Source of the DNA: Chrysochromulina tobinii
Taxonomy: Eukaryota
NCBI GenBank assembly: GCA_001275005.1
Contig: JWZX01002865.1
Location: 1-45,457, forward strand
DNA length: 45,457 nt
Direction of reading: 5' to 3'
Shown here: positions 9,203 to 21,057 of the stretch, in pieces
Layout: the number at the start of each line of letters is the position of its first letter
Position numbering within the stretch: position 1 is the stretch's first letter
Translations under genes and position numbers: made by a program
Notes under the pieces: generated by a model
The model's database searches: none
Told to the model about the DNA's origin: nothing
Seen by the model: only the letters and a program-made list of their open reading frames with translations

Positions 9203-12004
9203 ATGAACGGGATTGAGGCCGCATCGATGAGAATGCCAGAACCCAGTGCCGCAGGCAAGCGGTTTTTTGAGGAATTGTCGACGCGCTGCGAGATCCCACC
9301 AGAGCCTGCGGTGACCAAGGACTCAAAAGGGCATCCGATCTTGCCGGTACAACTCGGGTCACACGATCTGAATCTCTCAAAGACGTACGCCAACTGGATC
9401 CAGGGCTTCACATCGATTCGGAGCTGATGCAAAATTGGTACGATCGGACGCTTGAAGTCCTGGATAGTCGCCCGACTGCACTCCACCTCCAGGACACAGG
9501 ATGGGTGGATGGAACTCACCGGCTTGCCTTTCACGAGCTTCGCACTGAGGGTAAGCCACGGTGCGCGAGCTACGTCCTCGAGCAACGCAGACCCGATGGT
9601 AAGGTGTACGTTCAGCTGACCAATTTTGCAACCGAGCTGCCCAAAGACGCCTTGATCATGGGCTGTAGCCGCAAGAGCACTGCGGACGCCGCAGGAGCCT
9701 ACGGTGAGGGCATGAAAGTCGAGATCAATTGCTTGGTGGCTCGTGGGGTAAAGGTGTGCATCTTCACTGGGAGCCGACGCTGGGATTTTGTGCGCCATGT
9801 GGAGGATGGCAGCTCTGAATCGAAGCTGTTCATGCAGGCCGCCGAGGTTGACCGGAGATGTGCTCATCTCTCAATTTGCCTGCTGGCCGACAAGTCAGTT
9901 CTCAATGAAGTTGACCGGTCCTGCTTCCTCTTTCTCCAGCCCGCCATGGCTCCAGACTTGCGCGGTGGCGAATGAGGTTGTCGAAGTCCTGCTGCATGAA
10001 GAGCACCACGGGAAGATGTTTGCGCGTGGCATCATTATCAAGAGCAAGCCCACTCTGCAGGGCATCGGCCTCAACTTTATCGCGCCCCTCAGGCTTCACA
10101 AAACCTTCGGCTTCACACGTGACCGCGATGACATCGACTTGGAGCTGCTCGTCGCGTACCTCCCGTTCGTGGTGTCTCATGCCTTCAAAAAAAGACGAAA
10201 CTTTGGTGAGGCCCTGGTAAAACGGCTGTATGATATCCTACAATTCGCGCCCGATAGCGACATCGCAAAGCACCTGACATCAGTGTGCTACATATCGAGG
10301 AAGGGCGATTTGAGCATCGAGCAAGCCCGTGAGTTTTTGGCAGACAAGCTTGTCGGCGTCTTTCAGACGCTGCACCAGGATAAGGCGCAGCCCTACTCAA
10401 TAGCCTTGCCAATAGACAAAAGAAGCTCGCTGCATGAGGAGGAAGTGCGCGAGGCCACCTTTCTGCAGTGCACGCCAGTCGAAGTGTCAGAGCCGCTCCT
10501 CAAGCATCTTCGCCTCTCGAAGCTCTGCCCAACTACCGAACAAGTTTGGATTCAGCTGGCGGAGCGTGTCTACGAGTTGGCCGATTGGCAGCCGCCCTCT
10601 AAGGAGGCGAGGCTGAGCGCCGATCGATTTCGGAGTGTGGCGCTTCAGTGGTTTGGCGATGCGCTCAGCAGTGAGTCGCTCCTCTTCAAAGAATTTCCAG
10701 ATGGCAACCAACGCGTGGTCGTTATCGGCAGGAAGGAGTCTAGCATCATCCTGGCGGTCGATGTGAAGCTGTTAGACGATTCGCAGGCGACGCATGAGTG
10801 GGTCCGAAAGGAACACGGGCAGGATTGCATCGACAAGCAACCGGATGGCACGTCGTGTGGTGGCGCATGCACGATGCTGCGATATTCAGAGGCGCTTACC
10901 CAGTGCCTCGAGAAGATCTCTCCGCAGCTCCGTGGTAAGCTGGCCAAGAGACAGAAGATGGCGATGATGAGGATGCAGACGCGCGACCTTCCCAACCAGC
11001 CATTGCCACCGCCACCGCCCCCAAAGCCACCTGCTACTAGTGGCCAGCGTGATGACCAAGATGCTGTCGCATCAACCCCTACTGCAAGCAGCGCCTCAGG
11101 CGGCCAGCACAAGCGGAAGCTATGTGCGCCGTCCTCCCGGGACGAGTTGAATGCTATGCCGGTACGGGACCTCACGCAACTTGCCAAGGAACGTGGCCTC
11201 ACGGTAGAGAGTGGCACAGAAAAGCCCGAGCTTGTCGACCTTCTTTTCGCTGTGATCGAATCTACTCAGGAGGATGCATCTGGAAGTTCAGGAGGACAGA
11301 CATCACGAGGATTGACAGGGGCCTCAGGAAGTGATGCGACAGAGGGTGATGCTCAGTCGGTTCCGAAGCAGAGGCGAGGTGCTGCCTACAGTGCAGAGCA
11401 GTCAGCAGCCGATCTGGTGAGGAAATGCCTGAATGTAAGCAGCGCGAGGGGTGGCACGCGTCCAGATGCAGCCATTCGCAGTGCAGGTGTAGCACCACGG
11501 ATGGCCTTCACGCATGTGGAGCAATGCACGTGCGATGGCCAGAGCGCTTTAGGACTCTTCGAGCTCACGGTTACCAATGGCTTCCGTGGCATCGGCAGCA
11601 GCAAGCTGCCAGCCTATCACGAGGGCACTGACGTCTTCGATGGTCAGAGGCACGGGTGTAATGCAGAGCGCGTTCAGTTCCTTGTGGTGTTTGCCTCTTG
11701 CATTCACAGGTTGGCGCTTAAGGTCTTTGGCATGCTGAATCCAGCTGACTGTGTGCGTGTGTTCTGGGAGGATGCTGAACGCATTGCATTCAATCGCGGA
11801 GGAATCCTCTTCTTCAATGCTCGCTACGCTGAGGTTCTTGATCACATGGGCAAGGACGACTTTTGGTCATACTGGTTTGTGACGTTCTGCCATGAGCTAG
11901 CACACAACGATTCGCCTGGCCACAATAAGTCGCACGAGCAAGCGGAGGAGACGCTGATTGCATCCCACATGGGCAAGCTCTTCAGGCTCTTCAGCCGGGG
12001 CTAG
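9203..12004 (+). pseudogene. GHKL-type ATPase + SAP/HeH-like motif + HEXXH zincin-like domain protein with two compensating frameshifts
   Basis: I(R)ELMQNWYD motif restored across a 1-nt gap at about 9420; AGAYGEGMK G-box; return to first frame at about 9945-9972; LNAMPVRDLTQLAKERG..EKPELV; IAFNRGG..FFN..YWFVTFCHELAHN. Confidence 0.6.
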
Positions 12005-12661
12005 GGCCTAATCGGGCGCGCGCTTCTCCGGAGGAGGATGACGAAGACGAGCCGAGCGACGACGACGAGATTGAGGAGCCGATCAGGCGCAGCACCCAGG
12101 CCAGTTCGTCAACTCGTCGGAAGAGAACCATCCCCGTCGATGAGGAATTCTGATCGCTTCCCGCAGAGAGCGTTTTCTTCCTGACGTGAGTCGGGGGCTG
12201 CTCGTCTGTAGCGGCTCTCTGCGCATTCCGTGTGCGACGTCTAAGCATACTCAGTACTACTCGTTAATGGAGGTTCTGGTAATGACTCGTGGGTGTTGTG
12301 GGGTACAACAACTGTGTCTGGTCAGCGGTGTCCGGCGTCGTCCTTAGTGACTTGTGTAAAGTGTCTGTCGCTGCCAAAAGTGAGGCGGCTGAGCCTAACT
12401 GTTGGCGTTGTCAATGGGCGTTGTCTGAAGTAGTTGAAGTAGTGGATCAGTGTTACCGGTAAAATTGACAAAACACGAAGTTGGTTACCTGGCATGCCCG
12501 TCGCGGGGCTATCCAGTGGTGCCGCTTGACTTGACTTGACTTGACTGGACTTGAACTGAACTTTTCGCAGAAGTTTACACGCCGAGGACGCGATCTTCGG
12601 CACTTCGGCACCGCCGACGTCGGGGTTCAACACTCTCGCCAGCCTCTCCTCGCCGCCACGG

Positions 12662-14689
12662 ATGGTGACCCCCTTGATGGCCGGACCGAGCACGGACCTC
12701 GAGCGCGGACCTGCTGGGCTCACGCTCTCTTGGGTCAATTTGAATTACGTCGTGGGCGAGGCCCGCAAGAAGAAGGCGCAGAAGCTCGTGCTGGACGGTG
12801 TCAGTGGGAGCGTCGAGCCGCGGCAGGTGATGGCGATCATGGGCCCGAGCGGCTCCGGTAAGACGTCGCTGCTGAACGTGCTCGCATGCCGCGTGCCGCA
12901 AATGAAGAACGCGAAGCTCTTCGGCAGGCTTCTCGTCAACGGGCACGACCTGAGGGAGCACGACATGGCGCAGCTCTCGGCGTACGTCGAGCAGCACGAG
13001 GCGCTCTTTGCGCTCTCTACGGTCCGCGAGACGTTCATGTTCACGGCCAAGCTGCGCCTGCCCGATAAGAGCTCGCCCGCTGAGCGGGAGGCGCGCGTGC
13101 AGTCCACGATTGCCGAGCTCAACCTTGTGAGGTGTGCGGATACTTTGGTGGGCTCGGCCAAAGTGAGGGGGCTGTCGGGAGGCGAGCGCCGGCGCGTGAC
13201 CATCGGGATCGAGCTGATCAACAACCCGCCGATCATCTTCATGGATGAGCCTACCAGTGGCCTCGACTCCTTCCAAGCGCAGGCGGTGATGGACACCCTT
13301 CGACGCCTAGCCAACTCGGGACGCACGGTGCTCGCGTCGATCCACCAGCCGCGCTCGTCCATCTATAACAGCTTGGATCAGGTGTGCTTGCTCGCGGGCG
13401 GGCGCACCGTGTACATCGGGAACGCCGGCGCGGCGCTCGCCGCCCACTTTGCGGGCGCCTCCCAACCGATCCCCACAGCCTTCAACCCTGCGGACTTCAT
13501 CATCGATGCCGTCTCCGTCGACTATAAAGATCCGGCCTCGACAGAAGAGTGCGTCCGGCGCGTCGAAGCGCTGCTCGCCGCGTGGCGCGTGCGCCCAGCC
13601 TCCGTGCTCACCGCGACCGCTGCTGGCCGTGGCGGCACTCAGTACGGCGCGGTCGACGGGGAAAGCAAGGCGTGGCTCGCCAGGATCATGGAGGAGCGCC
13701 ACCCGCGTGGCGAGGCCTGGGCCAAGTCGGCCACCGCGTTCAGGCTGCTCTCAAGCCGCTGCTTCCAGGAGCTGACGCGCGACAAGAGCGCCGTCGCGCT
13801 CAAGATGGCTGCCAACGTCTTCTTCGCTCTCATCTTCGGGCTCGTGTACTTCCGGATGGACCGTTCACAGACCTCGCTTCAGAACCGTACGGGCATTCTC
13901 TTCTTCACAGCGATGAACATGGCCTTCGGCATCTCTATTGACACGGCGTCGGTAATCCCGTCGCAGCTCGCCGTCGTCGGTCGCGAGCGCGCGGCGCGCA
14001 TGTACTCGATCGCGCCGTACTACCTCGCTAACTGGATTTGCCGGCTCCCTCTCGACGTCGTGCCCATGCTCGGGATCTCGGCCGTGCAGTACTTCATGGC
14101 GGGCTTGCGGCCGGGCGTCGAGCCCTTTTTCGTCTACTTTGGCATCGCGGTCATCGAGGTCCAGGCATCGATTGCGCTCGGGATGCTCATCTCGGCGCTC
14201 CTGCCGTCGGTCGAGGCGGCGCCCCAACTCGCGCCTCTCGTCGTCATCCTGATGCTCATGTTCTCGGGCTACTTCCTCAACCTGCAAGACGTGCCGGCCT
14301 GGATTGGGTGGATCAAGTACGTGTCCTTTATCCGGTACGCCTTCGAGGCGCTCATGGTCAACGAGTTCAAAGACGCGTCCTTCGACTGCACCACCTCGGG
14401 CGGCAAACCTCTGCCACCGGGCTTCCCCTGCCTCGACGGCAACATGTATCTGAAGCAGCTCAACTTTGAAGCCCCCATCCTCGAGTCCATACGCAACCTT
14501 GCGATTCTCGCGCTCGCATTCAACATTGCCGCCTATATTGTTCTCGTGCTCCGCCGTCCACGCTTCCTGCCTCTCCGACCGGAGAAGGAGATGCCCGGTC
14601 TCACCGGCGACTACACACAACAAACCTCCAACCTCCAGACCAGCCTCCTCCCCTCGCGCCCTGCCGAGAAATTCGCCTCCGTCAACTGA
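12662..14689 (+). CDS. ABCG (White-type) half transporter
   Basis: Walker A GPSGSGKT, signature LSGGE, Walker B IIFMDEPTSGLD, IHQP, NPADF, C-terminal ABC2 membrane domain; intronless, 675 aa. Confidence 0.97.
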   Translation: MVTPLMAGPSTDLERGPAGLTLSWVNLNYVVGEARKKKAQKLVLDGVSGSVEPRQVMAIMGPSGSGKTSLLNVLACRVPQMKNAKLFGRLLVNGHDLREHDMAQLSAYVEQHEALFALSTVRETFMFTAKLRLPDKSSPAEREARVQSTIAELNLVRCADTLVGSAKVRGLSGGERRRVTIGIELINNPPIIFMDEPTSGLDSFQAQAVMDTLRRLANSGRTVLASIHQPRSSIYNSLDQVCLLAGGRTVYIGNAGAALAAHFAGASQPIPTAFNPADFIIDAVSVDYKDPASTEECVRRVEALLAAWRVRPASVLTATAAGRGGTQYGAVDGESKAWLARIMEERHPRGEAWAKSATAFRLLSSRCFQELTRDKSAVALKMAANVFFALIFGLVYFRMDRSQTSLQNRTGILFFTAMNMAFGISIDTASVIPSQLAVVGRERAARMYSIAPYYLANWICRLPLDVVPMLGISAVQYFMAGLRPGVEPFFVYFGIAVIEVQASIALGMLISALLPSVEAAPQLAPLVVILMLMFSGYFLNLQDVPAWIGWIKYVSFIRYAFEALMVNEFKDASFDCTTSGGKPLPPGFPCLDGNMYLKQLNFEAPILESIRNLAILALAFNIAAYIVLVLRRPRFLPLRPEKEMPGLTGDYTQQTSNLQTSLLPSRPAEKFASVN

Positions 14690-15276
14690 AACAGAGGGAG
14701 ACGACGGTGGCCGTCGGCGGCGGCGGATGTGCAATCGACTGCCGGCTGGAGGGAGACCGGGCCGCCCACGCCACCGTCGCACAGCGCAGCTGCAGGGGGC
14801 GTGGCGCGTGCCTCTTGGGCTGGCGGGGGGTGGTGGGGGCTTACAATCATATACTGTATTTGTCGAGGGCGACGGACGGTACATGTATTATGTGAAGCAG
14901 GTGGCGACGGACGCGCGCTCATGCGCGCGCTGCCGACGTGCCGTCGGTGTCCGGTTCGGTGCGTTTAATATTTGTGGCTGCTCGTTTCAGAGCGGTGCCT
15001 GCGGGCCCGTTCGGTTTGCGCGTTTGGCGTTTCAGAGATCGCCCCCTGCCCCGCGGATACGGGATAGCGACACCGGTGCTAGTGATATCAGGACCGCCAC
15101 AAGCCATGGGCCATGGGCATGGCACATAGGGAGCGGTCATACGATCCGGGATAAGGCTTAAGGGGTCATCAAAAGCGCGGTGATCACAGCGGATGGCAGC
15201 GGTGCGGGGAGCTGCAAATGTGGCAGCCGACTCCGATCCTCAACCTCGTTCCGCTGTGGACTGTGCCCGGCGGCCG

Positions 15277-17757
15277 TTACCGAAGCGGCGCCCCCTTCTC
15301 CTTCAATCCCTTGCGCGGCGAGTGGACCGCCGGGGCCAGCCTATCGCCACCTTGTCCCCACCTCACTGGCCATGCTACCTGCAGCATTTCGTCAGGTCCG
15401 CCCCTCGACAAGACCTCCAGACGCTCTGCAGTGCTACGCCCTCGGCCAGCGGAGGCAGGGCGCAAGGCCAGCGCAGACCTGCCTCCCCCGCTGGCCGCAT
15501 CCATCGCACGTGTGGACCCTATGGCACTCTGTGGTGCGGGCGGCGGGCGGCGAGGGCTGGTGATGGCCGGCGCAATCGGCTCTGTGGAAGCACCTGGGGT
15601 TTGGAAGCCCCGGAGCTGCGGCGCAACACGCCGGTAGGCTATCCCATTGTGAGGCCAATTGAGGCGTCGTGAGAGGAAGAAGAAGCCGTCAGCAGCCCCC
15701 GCCCCAGTCTCATTGTCTCGCTCCGTGTCACTTCCCCTCGGCCCCTTTTTATTGAAGCGCAGGTAGTAGTTGTCTTCGCGAGTGGGCGCGGCGGGCACGC
15801 GAGCTCCCTTGGCGGCCAGATTCGCAAGCACCCGCCGCCGGCTTTGCTGCTGGCGGCTGGTGAGTAAGACCGTGTTCACTTCGAGGGGCCAGACGGGCCG
15901 ACCCTTGCCACCGCACGGACGCCAGTCAGGCTTTGGCGCAACGGGCTCTGCGCTTGTCCCCGTCGGCGGTCGGTCCGTCATGTTTCCTGGGCCAGACGGA
16001 CCCATGCCCACGGGTGAGGCCGATCGCGCCGTGGCCAAGGGCGTCGACCCCCCACCCCCAGCAGATAACCCAGCAGAAGACACGCTCGGCGCAGGCGAGT
16101 CACGCCCGTGGAGCCTTGGGATCACCTCGAAGCTCGGCCGCCGCGTCGCCCTCGGAGAGAGCTCCCGAGAGACCTCCGAGGAGGCGCTCGCCATCGCACT
16201 GAAATTGAAGCTCGGACGGTCCTTTTCCTTCTCCTTACGACGCGCCTCGGGCCGCGTCAACCACTTTGCCATGTCGCCGATGCTCACCTGCTTCGGCTGT
16301 GACATGTGGAGAGCAGCGAGCGTTTCGAAAGCCTCGTCAACTGCACATCTCACCTTCTCGTACCAGAGCGCGACGCCCTCGGAATCGGACCCGCCGAGCT
16401 CGCCCGCGCCCCCAAACAGACATTTGAAGCGGACGAGCCACTCACGCTTCCCAAGAGAGCCATCGCCGCTCTTGTCCCACGCCTCTGGCAAGTCTGTCGG
16501 CCGAAGATCCGCCTCTCGAATCACGTGGCGCAGCTCATCACGTAGTCGGGCCTCACTCCAAGGCTCATCCTCGAGGCGCACGCGATGGCGCAGCGAGAGC
16601 GTGTGCACCACCTCCATACGCTTCTGCCTCCCAAACGAGCGTCCAAAGACCCATGAGTCCAGCTCGTCGAAGGTGACGGCGCCGCTCTCGTCTCCGTCGA
16701 GCTCAAGCCAGGCCGCGTTGAGAGCTGCCTTCCCGCCCCGGTAGCCAGGATGCCCTGCAGCCATGCAGCAGCACAGCAGACAGCACAGCGTCGGCTCGAC
16801 GGGCTACACTTAGGGTAACACTTCGGGCTGCACACGTGCTTCGAACACGTGCTGCGTGAATCGGGTTGTCTTCCAACACAGAGCTCACAAGCATGCAATC
16901 ACAGTGCACTCATCAGTGGGGACAGGCTGTGGCCGAAGCGCGTGCCTTCCATCATCGAGAGGAACTCTCCGTAGCTGCACACAAAGTCCGAGTTCTTGTC
17001 GGCCTGGTTAAAGAGGTGAGAGAGCTTCACGGAGTGCAGCTTCACTAGCCGGCACAACTCCCGCTTGACGCCGGCCGCTGAGTCCGCTGTGAATGACCAA
17101 CTGCTCGTGTCGATGTGCTCGTGATCCTTGGTCGCGTTCCAGCCAGCACATGAGCAGGGAGGCAATCCGCGTTCACCCAACACATGCCATGCACAGACAA
17201 TCAGCATGCAATCGCTCTGCAATCAGCGTGCTATCAGCATGCTATCAGCATGTAATCACGATCCTTGGGCTTACCTTGGTCGGGTCCCAGCACATGATGA
17301 GGAAGAGGTCGCGCACATTGGCCGACAAGAAGTTGGTCGTCTCCTCGTCGCTCATGCCGTCGATCGTGGCGAGCACCTCCGCGTAGTCGAGGAAGCCGTC
17401 GCTCTTTTTATCGAGGTGATCGCGGTCGAGTTCTTGGAAGATCTCTTGTGCGTTCACGCTGCCCGGCTCGATACCAAGGCTCTCAACCGCACGGCTGAAC
17501 TGGTGGACGTCCAAGCAGCCGGAGCCATCCACATTGAATCGCATGAAAAAGCGTTTAGCTCCCGAGCCTGCGACGATCGACTCGGGGCTCATCGACCACT
17601 TGAAGAAGGCGCCCATGCTAATCAACCCAGAATTTGTGACGTCGAGCTCATCAAACCAATGGCGGAGATCGTTTGGCTTGCGCAGTTCCCGGACGCGTTC
17701 AGGCAGAGCCGCGACAAACTCATCGAAATTTACCAGGTCCGACTTGGGCCGGGCCAT
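15277..17757 (-). CDS. Multi-EF-hand calcium-binding protein, predicted complement(join(15277..16754,16946..17126,17275..17757))
   Basis: EF loops DVTNSGLISMGAF, NVDGSGCLDVHQF, DKNSDFVCSYGEF, DGDESGAVTFDEL, DKSGDGSLGKREW; GT-AG intron 17127..17274 and GC-AG intron 16755..16945 keep the frame. Confidence 0.75.
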
Positions 17758-18074
17758 AGAGCCACGCCAGCCACAGCGCCGTGCCTAGATGTCAAGCGTC
17801 CGGTGCGCTCAAAAAGCTGTTTGTTGATGGAGCACATGGAGGGAGTGTTTGGCATGCAATTGTTCTGAATCTATGGCTCTGTTACAAATGAAATCACACA
17901 GACACAGCACATCATAAACACACACCACGCTACGCGCGATGTCGCCCACACCGCACAATAAATTTTATGGAGATCTGACTCTTCTCCCCCAGCGCCCAGG
18001 CTCATTACTGTCGGGTAGCTTGCTCACAAAAACTCACTCTCTCCTGAGACACACTCAACAATCCAACTATGTCG

Positions 18075-19158
18075 TCAAAACTTCATCTGCTCTGGCTTCA
18101 CGCCGCGCTTCAGGTTCATCTCCCTGGTCTCCCAGGGCCTGTAGTCGACGATGACCTCGCCCGTATTGCAGCGCATCGTGCCGTCCGAGTCGGTCGTCCA
18201 GCGCACCGTCCTGTCTACCTTGGCGCCCATCACACCACCGATCCAAGCCACGTGTGTCGGGACAGTTACGTTGCGACGGCTGCCCGGTACGATCCCAAAC
18301 GGGGTCATGGCTTTGACGGATTCCTTGTCATCCGGATAGACGCCCGCGAGATGTAGGTTCCACCTGTCCTTCCGATACTTCTCCGAGTACGCGCCGCGCT
18401 GCCCGTACAGTGGGTGAGCCGGGTCCGTCTGCCATTTGAGCCAGCATTCGCCGAACAGGTGAGTGTTGCCGTTGTCGGCGGACCAGCAGTGTGGTAGGAA
18501 GCAAAAGACCCATGAGTTGCACGGGCGAGTCGGGTGCTTGGCGGCGTGCGCGGCGCACGCGGCGCAGCACTCGGCCGCGCTCTTCACATGGTGTCCGCGC
18601 CCATCGACAACCGCGTTGCCCTGTGGATCACTATGGAGCTCTGCGTGCACAAGCGGGAGTCGAGGAGGCGAACGAGATGCGTGCCCATGTGAAGGGTGCG
18701 ACGGGCAGCGAGGCGGAGGCGGAGGACGCGGTAGCGCGCGCACCTTCGCCGCACGAGGCGTCCGTCGACGGACCCGGGCAGTCGGCGAAGCACGAGGAGA
18801 TGGTCTCCGAGGGCGCATCACACACACCATCGCCGCAGACTGAGGGGCTGCGGTTCGCGTTGGCGGGCGCAGTGGCACTCGTGGAGCTCGTGGCAGTCGC
18901 CACTTGCGATGAGGTCGACGGTGGCGGAGGCGGTGGCGAGCTTGCCGCCAGCAGTGGTGCCGTCGAGCCAGCTCCAACCTTTGCATGGTATACGATCACA
19001 CGGGATTGTTCGCTCAATGTGGCAGCCAGAGGCCCGCCCCCGACGAAGAGAACAACGAGGCCGAATGAAATGCTGACGAAGAGACACCATGGGCGTCGGA
19101 CGGAGACAGAGGCGCGGTCGATGCCATCCGCCAAGTTGGAGGCTAAGGAGTCAGACAT
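18075..19158 (-). CDS. Membrane-anchored PAN/apple-like Cys-rich protein, complement(join(18075..18640,18744..19158))
   Basis: N-terminal hydrophobic segment; CGDGVC..ETISSCFADC; SAAECCAAC..CNSWVFC..ECWLK; intron 18641..18743 (GAAG|GTGCGC...ACGCAG|AG) joins CGE-ELHSDPQG in frame. Confidence 0.75.
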
Positions 19159-19188
19159 TGCGAAGGCTCGTTGTGAACGTTAACACGA

Positions 19189-20827
19189 GTCAAGTCAAGT
19201 CAAGTCAAGTCAAGTCAAGGTACGAGGCGCAGGCTGGCAAGCGCGCGAGCGCTAAGGCGGCGGCGGATCTTGCAAGGGAGGAGGGCTGCTTCAGGTATGC
19301 TCGACTCGAGCAGGAGCGCGAGCTGGGCGAGCTGGTCGAGCGGCGCATCGAGCGTGGTTTCGAGAACTTGGCGGAGCCTGACGATGAGGAGCGTGATCTG
19401 CTGTTCGACGGGGGGCGTGAGCGGGCGGCGCGACTGATGCGTGAGGCGTCAGCGGTGGGCGCGCGTGCGTGGGCGATGCCGGATGGCGGCGGGGCGGCGG
19501 GAACAGCGCGGGTTACGGGCTGCGTCGACGAGCGCATGGACGAGGGCGGCGCCGACGCGGCTCCGGCTTTTTTCGGCAGCGATCTCGATGATATGGATGC
19601 TGATGACGCGCCAGCACCACCGCTACAGGCGACGCAGAGCTACGGCGCGGCGCATGATGACGACGAGGAGGAGGCTGAGGCCGATGAGGCTGTGTGCCGA
19701 GCGCCTATATGGCACGCGACTCAACAGTACGGCTCGTCGCAGGTTGGCGACTATGATGATGATGACGATGACGAGGCGGTGCGACGATCTGATTGGCCCG
19801 ACGCGCCGATAGCAGAGAGCCCGAGGGCCCTCGCGGCGAGATGGGCGGCGTGCGGGCTCGAGATGGACGGCGACAGAGTTCTCTGGCGAGCCGAGCGTGA
19901 CGAGAGAGGACGTTGAGTGCATGAGTGATATGTTGTCTGGTGATGCACATGACGAGCTAGCGAGTAGCATGGATGTCGTAGCGGCGGCGCTTGCGCAGGT
20001 TGCAGAGTAGTTGCAGAGGGGGAGCAGCAGAGAGAGAGGGTGTCTGTAGGGTGTGCCATGCGGGACGGCGACGGCGCGGGCGGCAGCGGCAGTGAGGCTG
20101 CGCGAGCGCTCGAGGGCGGCGACGGCGGCGTCGTCATGGGCTGCGAGGGCGTCGACGGCGCCGAGCAGGGAGCGTCGTTGGCGGCGCGCGAGGCAGAGGG
20201 CGACGACGAGGACGAGGCGATGGCGGGCGACGAGAACGTCTCGGTGCAGCACGAGGAGAGGGGCGGCGGCGCAACGGGTGGCATCAAGAAGGGGAAGCGC
20301 AGACGGGGCAAACAGAAGGGTACTGGCCATCGACAATGGATGGCGGCCAAGGGAGCTGATCTACGACCGGCGGCTGGCGAAGCGAGCGTGAGTTGAGCTC
20401 TGAACAGCGCGAGGTTGAGGGTTATCGGACTGCGCCTTCATTGCGCTGCAGTACGGGCCCTCCCTCTCTCGTTGATCATCTCGGTGAGCGTGACGCGGTG
20501 CCGACCGGCCTTGAGTTCTTCGGTCGAGGCGCTTATGTCCCTCCCTCTTTCTCTCCCCCAATCCCCCATTTTATGCTTGACGCCACGGTCGATCTCGAGC
20601 CGATTTCCTCTTCAGCGTAAGAGTGGCGCTCATCGGCTCGAGATCGGCCCGTTACTTCTCACCTACTTGTTCTCCGAGGGCACGTATGTCAGCATTTATG
20701 ACGTGTCACCTCTAGATGGACCCCTCCGTCATCTCCGCCTACTCCCGTCCTCCCCTGCTGGCTACCGGAGCACATTCGATAGGCTTCCGTATGGTTGTCT
20801 GTTGTTTATGTATAGACTTGACTTGAC
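19189..20827. mobile_element. Putative non-autonomous insertion with inverted pentamer termini and 9-bp target-site duplication TTAACACGA
   Basis: TTAACACGA (19180-19188) + (GTCAA)6 ... GACTTGACTTGAC (20815-20827) + TTAACACGA (20828-20836); no recognisable transposase inside. Confidence 0.7.
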
Positions 20828-21057
20828 TTAACACGACATAGCGTGAACAGCTGCATGAACGGTTAGTTTCCATCGGTGGGAACTATGTGTGATCCGTTTG
20901 TCTGGCTACCCGAATCTTCTAAGAACTTGCCTTTCGCCTCACCTCGCGCTTGCTTCCTCGACGCCGTGCCTCGGTCGGGGCTCGGAAAGCAGCAGGCATC
21001 CGGCGCTCACTCAGCCAGCTCGCGTCGCTGACGCGCTCGTTATCCGCGCCGAGCACC

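Noticed and set aside
7751..12553. Single element bounded by the two (ACTTG)n arrays
   Set aside because: Arrays are in the same orientation and no flanking target duplication was found
19089..20396. Acidic ORFs as host genes
   Set aside because: Low complexity, the first crosses the pentamer array, and both lie mostly or wholly inside the putative insertion
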